From Pecten maximus (taxonomy: Eukaryota): a stretch of 64,000 nucleotides of DNA. Each line of letters begins with the position of its first letter. The first letter of the stretch is position 1. The stretch is taken from positions 7,750,001-7,814,000 of the forward strand of contig NC_047025.1 of NCBI RefSeq assembly GCF_902652985.1. The letters are read 5' to 3'. The notes under the pieces were generated by a model, which did not search any database, had not been told where the DNA came from, and saw only the letters and a program-made list of their open reading frames with translations. Below are positions 53,195-64,000 of this stretch, piece after piece. A program made the translations under genes and the position numbers.

Positions 53195-53872
53195 TATGTC
53201 ATTTCCCCAATAAATCCAGATGTCATTTCCCCAATAAATCAAGATGTCATTTCACCTATAAAACCAGATGTCATTTCACCAATAAAACCAGATGTCATTT
53301 CACCAATAAAACCAGATGACATTTCACCAATGAAACCTGCAGATCTCATTTCACCAATAAAACCAGATGACATTTCACCAATGAAACCTAAATGTCATTT
53401 CACAAATTAAACCAGATGTCATTTCACCAATGAAACCAGATGACATTTCACCAATAAAACCAGATGACATTTCACCAATGAAACCTAAATGTCATTTCAC
53501 AAATTAAACCAGATGTCATTTCACCAATAAAACCAGATGTCATTTCACCAATGAAACCAGATGTCATTTCACCTATAAAACCAGATCTCATTTCACCAAT
53601 AAAACAAGATGACATTTCACCAATAAAACCAGATGACATTTCACCAATGAAACCTAAATGCCATTTCACAAATTAAACCAGATGTCATTTCACCAATAAA
53701 ACCAGATGTCATTTCACCAATGAAACCAGATGACATTTTACCAATAAAACCAGATGTCTTTTCACCAAATAAACCAGATGACATTTCACCAATGAAACCA
53801 GATGTCATTTCACCAATTAAACCAGATGTCATTTCACCAATTAAACCAGATGACATTTCACCAATAAAACCT
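53195..53872. repeat. 24-bp minisatellite, ~28 copies (atttcaccaataaaaccagatgtc)
   Basis: Tandem units; explains ORFs 53472-53856. Confidence 0.95.
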
Positions 53873-55085
53873 TCAGATGCCTGTCTTTAAATATTTTGTT
53901 TGTTCTTCATAGCTTTGATTTGACTTTTGGTACAGTGGTCTGAATCGGAATTTCACAACTGACAAGTCTATTACAGTAAATTGTTATCATCTTCATGAAA
54001 GTACATCCGTCTATAATCTTTAAAGGAGAAGGTAAGAAAAAACTCCTTACCCCATGACACACCGAGGGGTTGACAAACCTGCTTGTCCGATCGTCCAGGA
54101 CAAGTAAATAAGAGATATTAACTTAAAATAATGAAAGAAAACAGTCTTGTTCGACTCGACATGTTGAATTTTGATGTTAATGCTAAATATTTCAAGGGGT
54201 TTGGGTCAATAGAAAAAAAAGCAATAAAATTCTAAAGCTGTAAAAACTTGTAATGTTAAACAGATATGAAAGTCTGTTTCTTGTGTGACACAGATCAAGT
54301 GATTGTTCTAAAGTGCTGACTTGAGTGACAATTCCGAAAACTAAAGTAGACAACATGCAAGCATGAGTTAATGCTGCCAGAAAAAAAAACTCAGCAGTGA
54401 AAATGAAACTACGAAAAGAAAAAAAAACCTTTCAGATGAGGAGTTCCAAAGCAAGAAAAAAGAATATTTATTGGCTTGAAAAATTGAAAAAGAGAGTTCA
54501 AAATTTTACAATAAAATATGAGGATATTGATGCATGGTGAAGTAAATATTCTCAACTTTTAAACAGTTTTATGATATTGGAATATTGGGATCTCCAATGA
54601 AAGTTACTTGATATCTTTGTCACCCACCTGACGAAATCAAGCACTCGGTCATTGGATCATTGCAACCTCGACCTCCAGGTCAAAGGTCAATGGAGTGTAC
54701 AGAATGCAGATTGCCTAGTAAGGGAGAAATCTTAAGTTTTTGTTCACAAAAACAATGCCTGGTTTATTATGTATTTGCCAGGGTAGATTTAACAGCTGTA
54801 GAGATAATTTCCTAACAATTATCGGACATGTTCAGACTTCAGCATATATACCCTATAAATATCAAAGCTCACAAAATTTATAACCTCACAAGTCATATGG
54901 ACAAGTGAACACCAGTGTTTCTAATTCTAACAGCAACTGCCATAATAAATCACCAGGACTGCCCCAAGAAAAGTATAAATGGATATCAAATTTGCACTTC
55001 AAAGCTTAATTTGTTGTCCAGTGTTGGATTATCATGCAAAGTTACGAAGTTTGTTGCTTATGATGAAGTTAAATGTTCATGTATT

Positions 55086-55309
55086 GGGGCCGTGGTGGCC
55101 GAGTGGTTAAGGTGTCCCGACACTTTATCACTAGCCCTCAACCTCTGGGTTGTGAGTTCGAAACCCATGTTGGGGCAGTTGCCTGGTACTGACCGTAGAT
55201 AGGTGGGGATTTTTGTTTTACGGTACTCCGGCTTTCCTCCAGCTTCAAAACCTGGCACGTCCTTAAATGACCCTGGTTGTTAACAGGACGTTAAACAAAT
55301 TAAACCAAA
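55086..55309 (+). mobile_element. SINE family A, copy 7
   Basis: Full length. TSD tcatgtat at 55077-55084 and 55310-55317. Confidence 0.92.
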
Positions 55310-58300
55310 TCATGTATACAAAATACCAAAACGATATGTATAGAGAAAGAAACTTGTGGTATGAACTCGGGGCTAAAACAGGGTTAAAACTAAAACACAG
55401 AAACACTGTTATTTTCTATGTGAATTTTGAAGCTCATAAAAGATATAATTTCATTTAAAAAGTATAGATCAAACATTATCTGTTTATTATGTTCAGATTT
55501 TTATAAAATTTCTTCAAAACTTGTTTTGCCTGCATGATTATAAAATTGTGTTTCAGCTGATAAAAGATGTACAGTTCAGAATATCTTTCTCATCAAAATG
55601 ATCTTAAGATACACGCACAGGTATTAATCCTTTCGTGTGATTTGGACTTCAAGGAGATGACGGTATTATACGATGATAGATGTGGGGGTGTACTATAGAG
55701 AACCCTCGACCCTTTAAACTACTCATATATCTGTTGTGTATAAGTGAAAATAATGACTTTGGAAGACTCAAACTGAAAGGTTATGTTCGTATGTATTCTA
55801 AACTGTGAATTTTACTGTAAATACCAAGTTATATATAAATGGCAGTTGATTTCAAGAAGATCTATTGCTTGACAAGGTTATAGATTCTCGGGGAACATGG
55901 GGGGGGGGAATTTATCTCTGAAGCTTGATTCAGTTGATATATAGGGGATATCCATCCTTTTTTAAGATGTCTAGAAACTTAGATATTGTTTATTGGTTTA
56001 GTCCCATCTTAACGAGATGGCGGTTGTTACTCTATTTTGATGTATCTTCTACCCTGACAAGTTCAAAACTGAACTTATATCTATTCTGTTATAATCCGAG
56101 GGAGGAAATGTACACTATCTCTGATTTAATGATAGAGTGTGGGCTTTTTACGGTATGTTAAATTACTTTTGTTGGAAATTTTATTGAACAGCAATATGAT
56201 ATGGGTGGATTTGTCTTAAGTTTGTTTACTGCATTCCAAAAATTATCTATGACTCAAAAAGTGTGTCAGAAGGTCAAGGTTATTTGTCATAGGTCCAGAG
56301 GTATATATATATATATATAACCCTTGTGCTCCTTCATTGGGTTCGTACCAGTTGTATTTAATAATGGAACGCACTGTACCAGCAGAACCGAACCAGTTCT
56401 CGTGGATTGTTTTTGTCAAACATACCACTTGGATCCAAGGTGGCGAAACTTCAAGATTTCTTATGTCACGCAAGTGCAATTTTTGTTAAAAGGAGAGATG
56501 GACTCTCATTTGTGATAAATTATTTAAAATTACATATGTCAATGTTTGACAGAACTATTCGGGAATTGATTTTCATCTGTTAGGTTGTAAAAAAAGGAAA
56601 ATTAGCGGTTTATATGTTTGTCGCCATGATGGCCGCCATCTTGGGAACTCATTTGAGTTTCATTTGCGTTCTGTATTATACGGTACTGTACCTTCTTTGG
56701 TACAACTGTTATGAACTCAATAAAGAAACACGGATATTTAAAGTCCCTACAGCCAATTATAGGGTCTTACGGAACTATTCAGGCCACATGTCCTAGCTGG
56801 TTCAGTCAAAATAAATTGGATGGCTTCAGTCAATAAACGAGCTCGAATCTCAATTGAAATCATTTGGAATTTTGAGCCATAGTTTCCCAAAATGTATAGT
56901 TTACTCCTGAAAATTCCATTTCTAATATTCTAACAAAATCAGTAAAGAAAAACGAGAAAAAAAAAATTTTGCTCTAGCCATTCCTGGCTAGATTTGTATA
57001 AATAAAATCATAAATAAATGTATTTTTAGATATGAATAATACGACCATTTATAAATGTGATAATTTTTCCCACCATGCAATGTTGTGCGTGCAGTACTGA
57101 TGGCTGTCAGAAACACTGAATACCAAATGAACCTGGTTGGTACAATAGATATTAACATGTTTGAAAAGTGCATGTAAACTTAATAGCAAAAAACTTGCAC
57201 TTGTGTACTTTGAGTTTTGAAATATAATCAAGATTAATCAGTTAGACGTTAAATCAAACAAAAAAATTATCTTCACGCAATGATTGGAGTATTGTTTCTT
57301 GGTTTTTCAAAGACAAGATCCTTTTTCAAGCTTTTTCTAGAACCGGATCTTGCTTTCCATTTGCTATAGAAACACACTGGTTCAGGAGCATGTGTCACCA
57401 TATCAAATGCATTGTCTGTATGGATAGAATTTACACTGAGTAGTATTTGATGTTCAAGTTATGGTTGGAGTACAAACCTGTAAGCTTATTTAAAGAGGTA
57501 CTAAAGATGTTGAAAATGAAATGTTGAAAAAGAATGCAGGTCAAGTAAGAGATTATTAATGGGTAATTTATTTCCTCCCGGGAGGAGAGCCCAAATTCCC
57601 GTATTTTGTAATTCCCTCCGGTATTTTTGCAGACGCCATTTTTGTTTACAATTCAGTAGTTATTCTCGCGACATTTAATGAGATTTGGCTAAATTTAGCG
57701 ATCACGTGACCCATCTGTTCACGTGATCACTCAATCAAAATGGCGCCTGTTGGACACGGCTTTCACACGAACCTCTGGCTAGTGTAATGTTTGCGCTAGA
57801 ATATCTATCACCATGAAATAAAGGCAAGTCGCTTAAAACAACTTTAACCCTCTTTGCTAACAGATTTGAATTATTCTTTTAGGACAATACTTTGATGATG
57901 GTAATTGATACAGAGCCTGGTCGGGGGGGGGGGGGGTCTGAGTTGTGGGGATGTATTGCCTTAGTAATATCAATATCAAGTATGCTTGTTTTTCTTTGGT
58001 GAAGCTGAGAGTTATAGAGGTCTTAAAGTTGATGGTGTAAAAAATTTAAATTTGTTTTTTTTAACACCTTCGCTATCAAAACAAAACTGCTGACATTATA
58101 TTCCAATCACAATTTATGAAAAAAAATGTAATTTATAATTGCACATAAACACTCACACATAGTATATGATTGATTAAAAAATGTCTGGGATCTAGACGAA
58201 CCCTGCCCTTCACTAACACTGAATTGACTTTGCCATATTAACACCCACTGCCGAGACTGCAGATGATTTTAAGTTCGATCCACAGACTATTACGACTGTT

Positions 58301-58486
58301 AACTCCCTCGAGTATGGATATATACCATATTTATCAAGCTATATAAACCCTGGGTGAAGAAACATGTAACCCACTGACTCTAGAAAGTCACAGAGTGGCC
58401 TCGTAACAGGACAACGAGATGCAAAAAAGTAACATCTCATGATGGAATTCTTTAGCTGAACTATGAATTGGTGTGAATGTTCATGA

Positions 58487-58487
58487 G

Positions 58488-58518
<31 letters not shown>

Positions 58519-58545
58519 ATGATGATGATGATGATGATGATGATG
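58487..58545. repeat. (GAT)n microsatellite
   Basis: Direct reading; produces the poly-His/Ser/Ile ORF artefacts. Confidence 0.95.
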
Positions 58546-58571
58546 TTTGTTTTTTTTTAAAGAAAAGTAAA

Positions 58572-58883
58572 ACTTCATGTGTAGGTTCCCCTTGGTGATT
58601 AGTTGAGCTAATCATATTTAGTTTTTTGATCAGAAAAACTAAATGTCCGACAGGCAGCCATCTTGGATTTTGAGAATTGAAGATTGTTATCGCTGTTTCT
58701 TGAAAAGTACTGCAAGGATGTTTTTCAAACTTCACATCTGCAAAGTTCCACATGTTCATGTTATCAGATTTTATTAAGAGGAAAAAAAGAGAGAAGGAAA
58801 AAGTAGAGAAAAGGTCAGTCTGACATAAAACCAATAGAGATCATTAAATGGTGGGCGCCAAAATCCCTTTGGGATCTCTTGTT
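58572..58883 (+). mobile_element. Diverged 3' part of the HINE family seen at 21597-22466
   Basis: Shares gtaggttccccttggtg, ccgacaggcagccatcttggattttga and the 3' end atggtgggcgccaa.atccc.ttgggatctcttgtt. Confidence 0.85.
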
Positions 58884-59520
58884 GATTGCTCATTCTGCCA
58901 AAAAAAAATTATATGCTGTCCAGGGGAAAAGAGACTGATGCTGAATGCTGATTTTTTTTTTGGCCATAAACATACACCGCTGGTCTTCTGCTTTTTTTCA
59001 TTCCTCTACTAATTGCCAAATCAAACCATTATCATTTTCTTCTTTAAATTTTTTTCACTTTTATTGGATTGAGTTGACCTTAGGGGGCTATTAACTTGTC
59101 CATGAAATCCGAGGTGCTTCACAAATGCCCAGCAGATTCTATAAAATCTGAAGAAGCCAAAAAGTGAGTCACTTGACTCTTAAGTTGCCTGGATGTATGG
59201 CGTTAGTTTAACGTTGGAAATCATTTATAGAATCAAAAGCAAATAAATTAGGAACGAGCGCAATTTTAATTTTGAATGGTTCGCTTTGCACCATTATCAG
59301 TTACACACCTGTATTAATTGGCATGTCACAGGTGTGGTGTGAAGTTTTGATTTATTTTTATTATACAAATATTGTACATGATCGATGTTTATTATAATAA
59401 ATTTTCTATAATGACCAGGGAAGCTTGTGAATGTGTTGTTCAATTATGATAATTAAATGACATCGCTGGTACAGGCTCAGCATAATAGTCTATGGGTACT
59501 TGTTGTAACAACCAGGGAGG

Positions 59521-59552
<32 letters not shown>

Positions 59553-60695
59553 TCATACAAAACAAATTCTGTATTGTGGTAGATGAAATGTTGGTTAGAA
59601 ATTTTAAGAAATAATCTAAAATCAAATCACCAAATTAATTTTCGATCAACACAATCTGAAAGTTGCATTTCTTCCAAGTTTATGATTCTGATATTTCATA
59701 TTCTCAAAACTCAACTTTCATATATTTCCTTGACATGAAGTACCATTAAAACTCCAGTTAGTGTTTAAAAAAAAAAACCCACCTGATGCCTTTTTCATGG
59801 GCAATTAATGGTACATGGTTGGTACATGCTCATTAAAAGGTAATGAATTTTAACTTGAGGGGCCTTTAATGGTCTTTAATTGGGTACACCAATATGTCTG
59901 AATCACGGAATATACTGTTACAATACTGCTGTGTCTGGTATTCAAATTAAAGGAGTGTACAGCCATATTACAAAATTAGTCTATAATATACACCATGGTG
60001 GTGTATTTTTTCGTGTTTTAATTTGTTTTTATAAACATTAAAACAGATTTTGGACAGCAGTTAATAGATTGGTTCGTTTTAATTATGCACTTGTGCTGTT
60101 CAGCGGAGACTTGCTGTCGCGCAAAGTTCGTGTTAATACCTTGTAGAGTTCTAGATCATCACCAAGGCTGGGGTCTCGGAAACATGTCGCTCAAATTTCA
60201 TTGGGAACAGGAAACTTGTAAAATCCCAGCGGGGTACAAGATTTGTGAGGCAGTGGCTGCATTCAATGCGAGAATTAAACCCACCCCGTCCTTCATAACT
60301 TGTTCAAATGGCCATTGTTGATCACCATGCAAATTTGATTGGATTCAAACTCTGTCTTCTTCATGGAAAACAGATTTAATTCAAGGTTAAGTTGGAGAAA
60401 ATTTGCTTCAAATACAAGAACAGCTTTTGTTTTACTCAGTTAGCTGTTTTCCAATTATTTCAAGTGATTTCGGTGATCAAAGTTAATGATTATTTTATTT
60501 CTTTCTTTAAATCGATCATTTAAGTGTTAACATTTGAGCTTTTATATATTGAGTGGGAGGTGACAAAATTTTAATTAAGGGCGAAATGTTTCTGTTGGCA
60601 ATATTATATACGCTAAGTAAATAATCAATCAGCATCAAGTCTGTTACTATGTCATCTATATATGTCTTCATTTACATAACCACTACTCTCCTTTA

Positions 60696-60915
60696 GAGGC
60701 CACGGTGGCCGAGTGGTTAAGGTGTCCCAACACACTTTCATAACTAGCCCTCCACCTCTGGGTCACGAGTTTGATACCCATGTTGGGCAGTGACTGCCAG
60801 GTACTGACCGTAGGTCGGTGGTTTTTCTCCGGTACCCCGGCCTTCCTCCACCTCCAAACCTGGCACGTCCTTAAATGACCCTGGCTGTTAATAAGACTTT
60901 AAATAAAATAAACCA
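60696..60915 (+). mobile_element. SINE family A, copy 8
   Basis: Full length. Eroded TSD aaccactactctcct (60678-60692) / aaccacttctttcat (60916-60930). Confidence 0.9.
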
Positions 60916-61248
60916 AACCACTTCTTTCATGGATTAACCTTCTGACTGCCATGCACTTGGATGTCTCATAGATTTCACCAGAACTTACTGCAGTGTAAGT
61001 ATGGAAGTGATGAGAATTATATAAAGTTTGTACGAAATGTCTAAATTTATGGTTTGAACATTTGAACCCTAAAAATCAATCACTTTAATCTTGGTTAAAA
61101 AGAATGTGATCCTATTACCAATTTAGCTAAAAGATGAGAGGAAAGGGGAACACCTTGTCTTAATCCAAGCAACGCAAATATAAGTAATATGTGCTTTCCC
61201 ATTTCACCATGTCCCAACTGCCAGGAAAAACCAAAACCTGAGAAATTA

Positions 61249-61920
61249 CTGTATTTATCTGCAAATAAGCCCCTGCTCACAAATAAGGCCCCATCAGAAT
61301 CATTAATTTTAAAACAGTAAGCTCAAATAAAGTCAAATTGGTTCACAAATTAATGAGCTCTCCACAGACATCAATACTAACATTTTACACTAGTGTAGAG
61401 GCTTATTTGAGGATACACTAAAGTAGGGGCTTATTTGAGGATACACAAAGTAGGGGCTTATTTGAAGATACACTAGGGGAGGGGCTTATTTGAGGATACA
61501 CTAAGGGGGGAGCTTATTTGAGGATACACAAAGTAGGGGCTTATTTGAGGATACACTAGGGGAGGGGCTTATTTGAAGATACACTAGGGGAGGGGCTTAT
61601 TTGAGGATACACCAGGGGAGGGGCTTATTTGAGGATACACTAAGGGGGGAGCTTATTTGAGAATACACTAAAGAAGGGGCTAATATTTGAGGATACACTA
61701 GGGGAGGGGCTGATTTGAGGATAAACTAAGGGGGGAGCTTATTTGAGGATACACTAAAGAAGGGGCTTATTTGAGGATACACTAGGGGAGGGGCTTATTT
61801 GAGGATACACTAAGGGGGGAGCTTATTTGAGGATACACTAAAGGAGGGGCTTATTTGAGGATACACTAAAGGAGGGGCTTATTTGAGGATACACTAGGAG
61901 AGGGGTTATTTGAGGATTAT
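61249..61920. mobile_element. Degenerate pogo-like MITE whose right terminus is amplified as a 27-28-bp tandem array (61395-61916)
   Basis: Left end TA|ctgtatttatctgcaaataagcccc..caaataaggcccc. The array unit ggggcttatttgaggatacacta is its approximate reverse complement. Confidence 0.65.
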
Positions 61921-62689
61921 AAGATCAGTTACTAACAGCAAATATGGCCGTTGTGAATTGTGTACTGGAAACTGGAAGAGGTGATCTTTATAGACAGGCT
62001 TTGGGCCAACTCTCATCAAATGAATACAGTAGGCATAACATTATAGCATGTTAAGACACTCAAGGTCAAACTGAAGGTGAGTGATAACAGGGAAGGACAC
62101 AACCATATATTGATTGATTTACCTGAAGAAATTTGTTTGTAAAAATGAAAAAAAAAGATTAAGATGATATTAACTTGATTAGGTCAGGCAATCGACCAAC
62201 AGGATAAAGATATTTTCTGCTAAAAAGTAATGAAAATAATTTGTAATTTTGTAGCTTTAATTGAATTTAGCAAAGGATGTTGAATACAAAAGATTAAAAT
62301 CTACATATTTTAATTAAATCTGTACAGTGTCACTAATTGTACATGTAGCTGCTGATTCTCAAAAAATATTGAGACAGACGCAATAGATGGTATTGTCGTT
62401 GACAATATAAAAGCGTCGCCATGGCAACAGAAATAACATGGTTAGATTATGTGGTAGATTGTGGATGATAAAATCGACACGTTTTCTCACGTCTCCTACA
62501 CTAATCACATGTGACCTTATCTCTTGGTAAAACGCTACATCAGCTAAATGGATTGTGCCATGAAATCTTGCTAGTTGTGTAAAATATCATGACAAAGATG
62601 CAGATTGCTTTGAACATCATGTAAAGAAGAACAAATTGACATTGGCGGCCAATATTTGTGTTTTCAAGGATCAATACTAAATTTGTTAG

Positions 62690-62772
62690 AACAGGGAAAG
62701 TCAAGTCCTGTCCTGACAGGAATCGAACCCAGTTCACCAGTGAAATCCACAACTCTATACCAACTGAGGCCG
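62690..62772 (-). mobile_element. tRNA-like Pol III head (SINE fragment or tRNA pseudogene)
   Basis: Minus strand reads ggcctcagttggtatagag (A box)...gggttcgattcctg (B box). No intact cloverleaf. Confidence 0.5.
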
Positions 62773-62887
62773 TTTCATATTAGTCAAGGAGAATTTAATT
62801 ATATAACAAAATAACAAGCCATGCTGCCCAAGTCCATTTTTACATAATTGATGTTGTAAAACAGAAGGTAGGAATATGATTTATAAA

Positions 62888-63260
62888 GATGTTAGAGGTC
62901 ATAACTTGATAGATATTAGAGGTCACAACCTGATTGGTGTTAGAGGTCATGACCCGATTGATGTAAGAGGTCATGACCTGATTGATGTTAGAGGTCACAA
63001 CCTGATTGATGTTAGAGGTCACAACCTGATTGATGTAAGAGGTCTAGACCTGATTGATGTTAGAGGTCACGACCTGATTAATGTTAGAGGTCACAACCTG
63101 ATTGATGTTAGAGGTTAGAGGTCACAACCTGATTGATGTTAGAGGTCACAACCTGATTGATGATAGAGGTTAGAGGTCACAACCTGATTGATGTTAGAGG
63201 TCACAACCTGATTGATGATAGAGGTCACTACTTGGTTGAGATTAAAGGTCATGACCTGAC
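62888..63260. repeat. 24-bp minisatellite (gatgttagaggtcacaacctgatt)
   Basis: About 15 units; explains ORFs 62840-63118. Confidence 0.93.
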
Positions 63261-63833
63261 TGATCTTCAATGTTGCTGTAGATTAGCATCTGGTAATGAT
63301 TAAATACCTGGTCAACTAGATCGTATAATGGATAAGAATCAGGGAAGAAATTGAATTTTCTGCATGGGTAATGGATTTCACTTATAGGATATGGACAGGT
63401 CAGTTCCTAGTAAGTGATTCAAGTCTAATCAATATCATCTGACAACAACTGCCTCTGAAAAATGGATCGATCTACAGTTTTCATATTTCAATTGAAAAGA
63501 TGCTTTTATATATGCAAATCTACATTTGAGACATAAAGTAGCTATAGGCCAATACAAATGTCTTACTGACTTTACAATGATTCCAATCTATTTAAAGCCT
63601 TAAGTTGACAGCTACAGGTATATTTTGTGCATTTAGCGTCTTATGAAGTTTTTCTTTGCCCTTTCTTTTTCATCATTCTATATCAAACTCCTGAATATCA
63701 AAATCATATCTGTAACCAGTCTGTTAACATTATCTATATATCTGTTAATGATGACCTGTACATTTCCATGGAGCCATAATTGATCTTCAGAGATTCTCAC
63801 ACTTGAAATTGTTCTGTTATATAACTTTCCCCT

Positions 63834-64000
63834 TGGTCTGTCTGTCTCTGATTACCAGTCAGTCCTCCTATACCATGCTGTATACACCCCCCCCCCCCTC
63901 CTCCCCCCCCCCCCCCCCCCCCCCCCCTCGGTCTGTCTCTGTCTGCTGTCTCTGTCTGTCTGTCTCTAATTACCAGTCCTCCTATACCATGCTGTATACC
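63834..64000. repeat. Start of a ~100-bp tandem repeat containing a poly-C tract, running off the window end
   Basis: ggtctgtct...attaccagtc...ctcctataccatgctgtatac occurs at ~63835-63885 and again at ~63930-64000. Confidence 0.7.

Noticed and set aside
58339-58834. Poly-His/poly-Ser ORFs
   Set aside because: Translation of a (GAT)n microsatellite and a HINE remnant.
18150-60915. SINE heads as tRNA genes, and the recurring ORFs such as WLRCPDTLSLALH / GGGGKPEYPEKNH
   Set aside because: A and B boxes are present but continue into a V-like core and tail with TSDs. The ORFs are incidental translations of the same SINE.
6855-63260. Tandem arrays of 24-36 bp as possible CRISPR arrays
   Set aside because: The units are head-to-tail without unique spacers, there are no cas genes, and the context is a eukaryotic intron.

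Overview
AT-rich eukaryotic (metazoan) genomic DNA. The repeat repertoire (V-domain tRNA-SINEs, HINE/Helentron-type elements, pogo-like MITEs) suggests a bivalve mollusc; this is inference. The only coding sequence I can support is two spliced + strand exons (11981-12113, 13075-13249) encoding consecutive YWTD beta-propeller repeats of an LDL-receptor-related (LRP-type) protein. I found no other exon, so the rest appears intronic (>11.9 kb upstream, >50 kb downstream). It contains 8 copies of one tRNA-derived SINE family (most with TSDs), a second older SINE family, at least 6 HINE-like rolling-circle elements, two complete TA-flanked TIR elements, about 20 unrelated minisatellites and several nested insertions. 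Nearly all ORFs in the supplied track are artefacts of repeats. There is no CRISPR array, operon or other prokaryotic system, and I see no demonstrably new biological system. The best leads are: an unclassified 320-bp insertion in the SINE V-domain core; minisatellites derived from MITE termini; a tandem repeat forming a ~250-nt AG-free branch-point/polypyrimidine zone before an exon; a close inverted SINE pair; a perfect 28-bp hairpin; and a CpG-rich degenerate reading frame at 5.5-5.9 kb.
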